Shown here piece after piece: positions 17,372-24,598 of a stretch of DNA of 24,598 bases. The stretch is from assembly GCA_046290225.1 (NCBI GenBank), contig JBKAGE010000016.1, forward strand, positions 1 through 24,598. Direction: 5' to 3'. Within the stretch, counting starts at the first letter, position 1, and each line of letters begins with the position of its first letter. Position numbers and translations under genes: made by a program. This stretch comes from Bradymonadia bacterium. GTDB lineage: Bacteria > Myxococcota_A > Bradymonadia > UBA7976 > UBA1532. The notes under the pieces were generated by a model, which was not told the DNA's origin, did not search any database, and was given only the letters and a program-made list of their open reading frames with translations.

Positions 17372-20002
17372 ATGAAGGCGTGGCCCGTGCTCGCCGCCCT
17401 GTTGCTGCTGCCCTTCGAGGGGGCCTTCGCCCAGGGGGTGACCCACACGTTGGTGAAGGGCGACACGTGCTGGGCGCTGTCCGAGCGCTACCTCGGCAAC
17501 CCGATGCGCTGGCGGGAGATCGCCCGCCTCAACCCCCACATCGGCATGTGCGATCACAAGAAGATGGCGCCGGGGGTGGTGATCCGCATCCCCGATGGCG
17601 GGCCAGAGCCAAAGGCAACTGGGGGCCGACGCGGCGCCCGCTCGGGTCAGAACGCCAAAACAGGTCGGAGCACCAGGCCACGCAAGGGCAACCCAGCGAG
17701 GGCATCGACGAAGCCAGGACGAAAGACGGTCAACACCAAAACTGGCTCCGGGGGCTCTGAGGCGAACATCGGCCCCAATGCGCCCGAGACCCGTGATCCG
17801 AATGCTGGCAACACAACACCTTCAGAGACGCACTCCGGCTCAGGCACCACGGCCACGTCAGGGGGCGCTTCTGGCACGCGGCCGGGGAAGACTGGCCCTG
17901 TGCGGCCGCCGGACGCTCGCCTCGAGGCCATGCAGCCCGAGGTGAACGCCCGGGCGCCGAAGGATCCGGACTGGGCCAGCGCCCGCACCGGCATGGATCT
18001 CTACCGCGGCTGGCGGGTGAACACCCTCGAAGAGGCCTCGGCGGACATCTCGTTCTCCAACAACGCCCAGGTGCGCCTGCGAGAGAACACGCTGGTCATC
18101 ATTTATGGCGACACGGTGCGGCCAATCCGCCGCCAGACCACCAGCGCCACCCTCGACCGCGGCGCCCTGCTCAGTCACCTCGACGCCCTGGCGGGCCAGG
18201 AGGGGCTCAAGGTGGTGACCCCTTCGGTGGAGGCCACCCTGAGAGAGGGGCGCGCCCTCGTGGACGTCTCCGAGAAAGACGGCACCACCCGGGTGGTGAA
18301 CCACGCCGGTAAGCCCGCAGAGGTGAAGCCCAAGGGCAGCAAAGCGCCGCCAGTGAAGGTGGCGGCGGGCACGGGCACCGTGGTCCGCAAGGGCAAGCGC
18401 CCCACCCCGCCCAAGCCGTTGCCGCCGCCAACAGCGTGGTCTGATCCGGGCCCGCTGCGGTTCATCGCCAGCCCGGGCAGCGGCGCCGAGGTGAGCGCCC
18501 GCTGGGCCCCGGCGCCCAAGGCCACAGGGTACCGGGTGGAGCTCTCCCGAGCCGGGGGCGGCCGAGGGGCTGTGGCCATTTATCAGGCCCCGGCGAACAT
18601 CGATCGCTTCAAACTGGTGGGCATCAGCCCTGGCCGCTACGCCGCCCGGGTCTCCGTCGTGGTCGACGGCATGGAAGGCCCGCCCTCACGGGCCCTGGGC
18701 ATCGACGTGGGCACCCTGGCCCTCGACGTCTCGCCTCAGAAAAACGCCGAGGGCCAGCTGATGGTGGCCATGGGCAACACGGTGCCTGCCCCCGATGGCA
18801 TGCTCTGCACCCTCGGAGGCGCGGGCACCCCACAGCAGAGCCTGCTGCTCACTCGACCTGGCGTCTCGCGCTTGATGTGCACCGACACCGCCGGGCGACC
18901 TGTAGAGGGCCCCACCTTCCAGGTGACGCCGGTGCAGGTGGCCCTCGCCCCCGGGCCCCCGCAGCTGCTCACCCGAGCGCAGCCCAAGCGCGTGTTCCTG
19001 CGCATCGACAGCGTCGCCGAGCTGCCTCAGGGCTTCGGCGTCTTCGGGCCCCCGGGTGTGCAGGTGCAGGGGCTGTCCTTCGAGCCCACTGGGGTGTGGG
19101 GGGTGAACGTCACCCCTGGCCCCCAGAGCAGCAAAGAGGTGATCTTGAAGGTGGTGACCAACGGGGCAGACCCCAACAGCTTGCCCCTCGGAGAGATCAA
19201 GCTGCCGGTCCTCACTGTTGAAGAGGCCGCCGCGGCAGATCCGCTCGGTGAAGAGTCGATCATCGTCCGCGATCCGGATCTGCCCATCGCCCCCACGGTG
19301 CCCCTGGCCCCCAACACACACGCTCAGAGCACCCTCGCCCGGCTCGGCAGCCCCCGGGCCCTCGCCGTGCTCGACGACGCTCAACGGGCGAGCCGTTACT
19401 GGGCGGGATCGAAGAGCTTGCCCCAAACCGGCGCCTCCCCAGAGGCCCTCATGGCCTTCGGCGCCCACTGGCACCTGCTCGGCGACCGCCGCCTGCGCCT
19501 CGAGGTGGGCCACGTGCGGGTGCTCCGAGCCGATCTCGTCACCAGCACCCCGGCGCACCTCGCGGGGACCTGGCTGGGTCAGGGCATACGCTTTGGCGAA
19601 GGCCGCCCCTGGTCGGCCCTCGTCAGCCTCGAAGAGTGGGTGAGCTCTGACGACACCCAGCGGCTGCGCCTGAGGCCCTCGGCCTCGGTCTCGTGGCGTC
19701 CGGGCTCCACGTGGGTCCTGCGCACCCGCCAGGGGCTGAGCGCCGGGGTCGACGTCTCAGAGTGGATCTACATGTCGGGGTATGGCGTCGACGTGACGAT
19801 CTTCGACACCCTCGCCCTCGGCGTGCAGGGGACCGCCTCTGTGGGCCGACTGCGGGGAGAAAGCCTCACCGCCGTCGCCGCGGGGCCGGTGGTTGGCTTG
19901 CACCTCAACTGGCTCTCGCTCACCCTCGCCGGTGAATCCACCCTCGCGGGTGATGGCGAGCCCTTCTCTGTGCTCTTTGCCTTGGAGCTGAAGTTTGACT
20001 GA
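17372..20002 (+). CDS. Secreted LysM + FecR-like + FN3-like multidomain protein with a putative C-terminal beta-barrel
   Basis: Signal MKAWPVLAALLLLPFEGAFA. LysM (HTLVKGDTCWALSERYLGNPMRWREIARLNP). FecR-like region (VNTLEEASADISFSNNAQVRLRENTLVII). FN3-like (WAPAPKATGYRVELS...PGRYAARV). Ends FALELKFD. ORF is open from GTG 17357. Confidence 0.85.
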   Translation: MKAWPVLAALLLLPFEGAFAQGVTHTLVKGDTCWALSERYLGNPMRWREIARLNPHIGMCDHKKMAPGVVIRIPDGGPEPKATGGRRGARSGQNAKTGRSTRPRKGNPARASTKPGRKTVNTKTGSGGSEANIGPNAPETRDPNAGNTTPSETHSGSGTTATSGGASGTRPGKTGPVRPPDARLEAMQPEVNARAPKDPDWASARTGMDLYRGWRVNTLEEASADISFSNNAQVRLRENTLVIIYGDTVRPIRRQTTSATLDRGALLSHLDALAGQEGLKVVTPSVEATLREGRALVDVSEKDGTTRVVNHAGKPAEVKPKGSKAPPVKVAAGTGTVVRKGKRPTPPKPLPPPTAWSDPGPLRFIASPGSGAEVSARWAPAPKATGYRVELSRAGGGRGAVAIYQAPANIDRFKLVGISPGRYAARVSVVVDGMEGPPSRALGIDVGTLALDVSPQKNAEGQLMVAMGNTVPAPDGMLCTLGGAGTPQQSLLLTRPGVSRLMCTDTAGRPVEGPTFQVTPVQVALAPGPPQLLTRAQPKRVFLRIDSVAELPQGFGVFGPPGVQVQGLSFEPTGVWGVNVTPGPQSSKEVILKVVTNGADPNSLPLGEIKLPVLTVEEAAAADPLGEESIIVRDPDLPIAPTVPLAPNTHAQSTLARLGSPRALAVLDDAQRASRYWAGSKSLPQTGASPEALMAFGAHWHLLGDRRLRLEVGHVRVLRADLVTSTPAHLAGTWLGQGIRFGEGRPWSALVSLEEWVSSDDTQRLRLRPSASVSWRPGSTWVLRTRQGLSAGVDVSEWIYMSGYGVDVTIFDTLALGVQGTASVGRLRGESLTAVAAGPVVGLHLNWLSLTLAGESTLAGDGEPFSVLFALELKFD

Positions 20003-21956
20003 TTCGAGATCTCGCTTGTCTGTGCCTGGTGTGTCTGTGCCCGGTGTATCTGCACTCTGCGCCCTCGCGATGTTGCTCCACGGATGCGGAGGCGGGCAGA
20101 CCGCCTCCGACACCCGCCCCGAGGCAAAGGCCGAGCCCCCAGCACAAGAAGCGAAGGCCAAGGCGGCCCCCAAGTGTGACGACGAGGTGCCCCCAGAAGG
20201 TGACACTGGCCGGCGCCACGTGCCCCTGGCCAGGAGCAAAGAGTTCATGGCCGGCGCCGCCAACCCCTATGCCGCCGCGGCGGGTCACGAGGTGCTCGCC
20301 GAGGGCGGCAGCGCCGTGGACGCCGCTGTCACCATGGCCATGGTGCTCACCCTCGTGGAGCCGCAATCTTCGGGTCTCGGCGGTGGGGGCTTCCTGCTGC
20401 ACTACAACGCCGGCGACCAGAAGATCACCGCCTTCGACGGCCGCGAGACCGCGCCGGCGGCGGCGAAGCCCGACATGTTCGCCCACCTCATCGGCCCCAG
20501 CGGCAAGCGGGACTTCAAAGCCCACATGGGCGGGGTGGTGAGCGGCCGCAGCGTGGGGGTGCCCGGCCTGCTGCGCATGCTGGCCATGGCCCACGAGCGC
20601 CACGGCAAGCTGCCGTGGTCCCGGCTGATGACCCCGGCCATCCGCCTCGCCGAGCAGGGCTTCGTGGTGTCGCCCCGCATGTACGGCCTGCTGAAATCCG
20701 AGGGGCAATACCCCAAAGAGCTGCAGCTGTGCAGCCAGCCCAGCGCCCGGGATTACTTCTGCCCTGGAGGCAAGGCCCTCACTCCGGGCACCGTGCGCAC
20801 CAACCCGGCCCTCGCCGCCCTGCTCACCGACATCGCCGAGAAGGGCCCCGACGCCCTCTACACCGGCAAAGTGGCCCAGGACATCGTCGACGCCGTGGCC
20901 AAAGCCCCTCGCATGCCCGGCAGCCTCACCGTGGCCGATCTCGAGGGCTACGTACCCGTGGCCCGCGAGCCCATCTGTCGAGATCACGGCCCCAAGACCG
21001 ATGGCAAGTCTCGTTACACAGTCTGCGGCATGCCGCCGCCCACTTCTGGTGGCATCGCGGTGATTCAGATGCTGGGCATCCTCGATCACTTGGCCCTCGG
21101 CGAGATGAGCGAGACCGACGCTGCCCACTACATCGCCGAGGTGGGCCGGGTGGCCTACGCTGATCGCAATCAGTACGTCGCTGATCCGAAGGCCATGACC
21201 GTAGACCCAGCCCGGCTGATCGACGAGACCTACCTGAAGTCACGGGCAGAGGCGATCTCCAAAGACGAGAGCACAGGGCCGGTGAAGCCCATCGAGCTGA
21301 GCCAGCACCTCGGCCGCGACGCGTCGCCTGAGCTGCCCTCCACGAGCCACCTCGTGGCCGCAGACAAAGACGGCAACGTCATCTCGATGACCGCCAGCAT
21401 CGAGCACGCCTTCGGATCCCGCATCTTCGTGCACGGGTTCCTGCTCAACAACGAGCTCACCGACTTCAGCTTCCTGCCAAAAGACGCCGAGGGCCGCCCC
21501 GTGGCCAACCGCGTCGAGGGGGGCAAGCGCCCCCGCAGCTCGATGGCGCCGATGATCGTGCTCGATGGCCGCACTGGGGCCTTCGAACTCGCCGCGGGCT
21601 CCCCTGGGGGCAGCCGCATCATCGGCTACGTGGCTCAGACGCTCTTCGAGGTCCTGCACCGCGGGAAGGATCCACAGGCCGCCGTGAACGCGGCCCACGT
21701 GCTCAACCGCAACGGGGCCTGCACTGAGGTGGAGACGCCGCTCAAGGGGCAGGAGCATCACATCAAGGGGATCGTCGATGGCCTCAAGGCCCGAGGCCAC
21801 GGGGTGAAGATCACGGATCTGAACAGCGGCCTGCACGCCCTACGCAAGACCGCCGATGGGTACGAGGGCGGCGCCGACCCGCGACGAGAAGGCATGTTCT
21901 ACGGCGACACGGCGCCCCCACCGGCTCAGCCCGAGAGCGATCTGCCGGCGCCCTGA
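19995..21956 (+). CDS. ggt: Gamma-glutamyltransferase (lipoprotein)
   Basis: GGSAVDAAV, VEPQSSGLGGG, FDGRETAP, VGVPG, nucleophile motif STSH, LNNELTDF, KRPRSSMAP, GSPGGSRI, ADPRREG. Lipobox LHGC. Confidence 0.96.
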   Translation: MTDSRSRLSVPGVSVPGVSALCALAMLLHGCGGGQTASDTRPEAKAEPPAQEAKAKAAPKCDDEVPPEGDTGRRHVPLARSKEFMAGAANPYAAAAGHEVLAEGGSAVDAAVTMAMVLTLVEPQSSGLGGGGFLLHYNAGDQKITAFDGRETAPAAAKPDMFAHLIGPSGKRDFKAHMGGVVSGRSVGVPGLLRMLAMAHERHGKLPWSRLMTPAIRLAEQGFVVSPRMYGLLKSEGQYPKELQLCSQPSARDYFCPGGKALTPGTVRTNPALAALLTDIAEKGPDALYTGKVAQDIVDAVAKAPRMPGSLTVADLEGYVPVAREPICRDHGPKTDGKSRYTVCGMPPPTSGGIAVIQMLGILDHLALGEMSETDAAHYIAEVGRVAYADRNQYVADPKAMTVDPARLIDETYLKSRAEAISKDESTGPVKPIELSQHLGRDASPELPSTSHLVAADKDGNVISMTASIEHAFGSRIFVHGFLLNNELTDFSFLPKDAEGRPVANRVEGGKRPRSSMAPMIVLDGRTGAFELAAGSPGGSRIIGYVAQTLFEVLHRGKDPQAAVNAAHVLNRNGACTEVETPLKGQEHHIKGIVDGLKARGHGVKITDLNSGLHALRKTADGYEGGADPRREGMFYGDTAPPPAQPESDLPAP

Positions 21957-22263
21957 GGGCTCTGGCGGCTACATCATCAGGCCCGAGCCTGTACGCCCTG
22001 CCGTGGCGAAGCAGCCACTCACCCAGAACAGCTCCTCTGTAGCAATCCGCTGTCAGCAAAAGCACCTAAAAACATTAACATTTCAAAGTTTCTTTTTTCA
22101 CCCATTGATTCCTAGAGACTTCAGAGCCTATCGTCAAAAGCGTGGAATTTGGGTTTATCTGGGGAGCAGGGTGGACAAACGCACATCGACAAGTGGATGC
22201 CAGCTTTCTGTTGAGATGACACTGCGATTCACAACTCAGCTTGAAGTGAATCAGCGTACTCGT

Positions 22264-23184
22264 ATGCCTCGAAATGGCATCGTGTTTAGTATCATCGCAT
22301 TCTCACTTGTAAGTTGCGACTCGGGCTCAGGCCGTCACAGACAGTCTGAGGTCACCGATGCGAGCGTAGCCGACGCCCACTTAGATAACTTGGATGCGAT
22401 GTTCAGGCCTTCTCCAAGAGACTTTGGTGGTCTGAGTGTCAAAGTCTATGGTGAATTGACACCAACTGCAGAATGCGATGAGGTTGAAGGTATGATCGCC
22501 ATCGAGAGGCCGGATGGCACATGCTTCCTCATCGACTCACGCCCTGTCTCAAGAAATGACTATTACTCATACTGGTCTAAGGAAGATGTACAACAGGCCC
22601 TAATTTCAGAAGGGCCATGTCGTGGGCAGCCAGCAAACGGTGCACCACGAAGGGTTGAAGATGTAGGGCCAGGCCCATGTCGACTATCAGACGAATTTGG
22701 ACAACCAGCAGGCATGAACTGGCCTCCTCTCGAAGAGGAGCAGATTAAACCCATGGTATGTGTGAACTGGTGCGATGCGTATGCCTATTGCTCATATCTT
22801 GGCAAATCACTTTGCCAAAACCGTCAGTATGAGCAATTCGAGGATATACCACTCGACACATCTGGAGCGCCCATTCCGAATGGGCTCAACAGTTCGGAGG
22901 ACGATTGGTATATCGCCTGTTCGAATCATGGGATGCACAGGTATCCATATCCTTCAGATGAACGTATCAGAGAGTGTCATCAACCAAATTACCCATGTGA
23001 AGGGCCTTTCGTCGGTAGCCTCTTCACAACAACGGAACGTGAGCACAGAGGGCCTCAACTCGCCGTTGTGGGGGTTCAAACAGGGTGCACCGTTGAATCA
23101 GTACACCAACATAACATCTTAAGTTCACAAACAGGGTTTAACTATAATTATGGGTTTCGGTGTTGTAAATACAATCAACCTTAA
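22264..23184 (+). CDS. FGE-sulfatase/SUMF1-like (C-lectin-fold) lipoprotein, copy 2
   Basis: MPRNGIVFSIIAFSLVS-C lipoprotein signal, PMVCVNWCDAYAYC, GKSLC, YGFRCC. Lower GC than the flanks. The exact start is uncertain. Confidence 0.8.
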   Translation: MPRNGIVFSIIAFSLVSCDSGSGRHRQSEVTDASVADAHLDNLDAMFRPSPRDFGGLSVKVYGELTPTAECDEVEGMIAIERPDGTCFLIDSRPVSRNDYYSYWSKEDVQQALISEGPCRGQPANGAPRRVEDVGPGPCRLSDEFGQPAGMNWPPLEEEQIKPMVCVNWCDAYAYCSYLGKSLCQNRQYEQFEDIPLDTSGAPIPNGLNSSEDDWYIACSNHGMHRYPYPSDERIRECHQPNYPCEGPFVGSLFTTTEREHRGPQLAVVGVQTGCTVESVHQHNILSSQTGFNYNYGFRCCKYNQP

Positions 23185-23277
23185 CTCTATCGTTCAAGCA
23201 CAAAAAGCAACTATCTGCTTACACGAAAAACACCAACAGTCTGCCAAACGCACACTGTTCCATAGAGGGGCAAACCT

Positions 23278-24590
23278 ATGTCAATAAAACAGCATATAGG
23301 GCATTTCATTAGTTCTAGCGGCAATATTATTGCCCAACATTTCAAGTTCTGAGACGTTCATATTAGATGTAATCTATTTCTGTGAAGACCCATCATGTGG
23401 CTATGCAAGCCCCAGTGATAGAGGAAAGGTTCGCTCATTTTTATTGAATAATGCTCTACCAGCGATTAATCGACTGTGGAGCGATACAGGCTATTCTTTC
23501 AGAATGAGGTTCCGCAGTCATGCGGACCCAGATATATCTAGTTACCCAGGAAAATCGGAGTCGAGAGAGGATAAACGGTACTGTGACCTTCAGAACCCAG
23601 ATTGCCCATGCAACAATCAGGGAATGCCGTTCTCAGATGATGGGCAGGATACATGCGATTGTTACAAAGCAACTCCCAATTGCAACAGTGCTGAAGACTG
23701 TTCGGAAGGTCATACTTGCGTTTCAGGACGGTGCTATACTAGTTGCCTATCCACAACAGATTGCTCGCACTCCGAGTCACCAGGAGTAAGCCCGCACATT
23801 TGCATTGATGGCCTATGTGGCTGTCCCCGAATACATGCGGAAAGGCATGCTCTAGAATTACTTTCATCAGACAATCTAAATACAATCCCAATAATAGTTC
23901 CACAAAATTTTAGCGGCTCAGCTTCCTTCTCTGGCTACAGTGGCCAACAAGGAGTCTACACATACATGCTCGCCTTCGATCCAGCAGATCCAGGCACTAG
24001 TATGTGGCTTGCGCGACAATGGGGGCAAGTGGTTGCTCATGAGCTCGGTCACTATTTTGGTTTGGACCATACATTCAGTTCTCAATCAACATCCTTATAT
24101 TTCGACCCATATTCAGGCGAAACACATGATGGAGATGGATTATCAGATACAGCACCTGATCCCGGTAAGGTAGAATATTATGATGTGAACAACCCGAATT
24201 CTGGAGACTATGGACCGTCATCCGCAATCATCCGCGAATACAACCCTGCCCGAATGCGCAAAAACCATGTTTATTGCGTAGAGTATGGCTATGATCCAAT
24301 ATCTGGCAACGCAGATGACAGGCCGACTGATTGGTCCACCCCTGCGGATGTAGGTAGCTTGGGAGCGGAAATCATCACATCACCCAGATGTTATGTTAGA
24401 AATGAAGATGATCCTTTTGGCTCATTCCATACTTACCACTGGTCTGCCCTTGACTTCACACCTGGACCTCACTTCATGCCAGCTGGTGGTACTGTCCATA
24501 TGAGCCTATCCCAAAAAGCATTCCCCTCGTAGTAGAATGAGGCTTCTGGACTACGGAGGTGATGAATGGCGGGTCGATTTGAAGGCGTGA
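23278..24590 (+). pseudogene. Secreted M43 (pappalysin/ulilysin-like) zinc metalloprotease with a Cys-rich insert; apparent frameshifts at about 23300 and 24506
   Basis: HELGHYFGLDHTF zinc motif followed by GDGLSDT. Cys-rich repeats CNSAEDCSEGHTCVSGRC / CLSTTDC...CIDGLC. Main ORF is 23330-24532. The signal peptide and an MSY Met-turn are each restored by a single-base correction. Confidence 0.7.
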
Positions 24591-24598
24591 GCGACGCT

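Noticed and set aside
20019..20048. 15-bp tandem duplication (SVPGV x2) in the ggt signal region
   Set aside because: Two imperfect in-frame copies; no sign of functional significance.
21856..22263. N-terminal extension of the 442-aa ORF
   Set aside because: Overlaps the ggt 3' end and intergenic DNA; the lipoprotein signal starts near 22264.
15351..23184. DGR template/variable repeat pair between the FGE gene 3' ends
   Set aside because: Many differences do not involve A (C/T, T/G, C/G synonymous changes), both copies are coding, and no RT or avd gene is in the window. A remote DGR is not excluded.

Overview
GC-rich bacterial chromosomal window. The Asp/Met/Pro-rich lipoproteins, Cys-rich secreted proteins and FGE-like lipoproteins suggest a Myxococcota/Bradymonadia-like organism (inference only). 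Genes in order: 3' end of a YfbK/vWA-like gene, an MCP, transketolase, an outer-membrane protein/lipoprotein pair, PAP2, NUDIX, GNAT, GAF-LuxR, a DUF3303-like protein, an ohrR-glutathione peroxidase operon with its operator, a PMPPP-repeat lipoprotein translationally coupled to a JmjC oxygenase, a Cys-rich lipoprotein, and a rhomboid/LysM-FecR/gamma-glutamyltransferase operon. Two lower-GC patches carry paralogous FGE-sulfatase-like (C-lectin-fold) lipoprotein genes, and the second is followed by an M43-like metalloprotease. Main points: (1) two large non-coding nested inverted-repeat elements (4371-4796 and 15460-16025) have dissimilar arm sequences but the same branched-hairpin architecture, GTAG motifs, strand-polarised GNA/GNNA loops and a shared core (CTACCGC-N30-CGGCGTAAGCCCCAAC); (2) the PMPPP-repeat lipoprotein + JmjC pair is a candidate peptide-modification system; (3) the FGE paralogs are mosaic in identity, and single-base frameshifts hide signal peptides in the low-GC genes.
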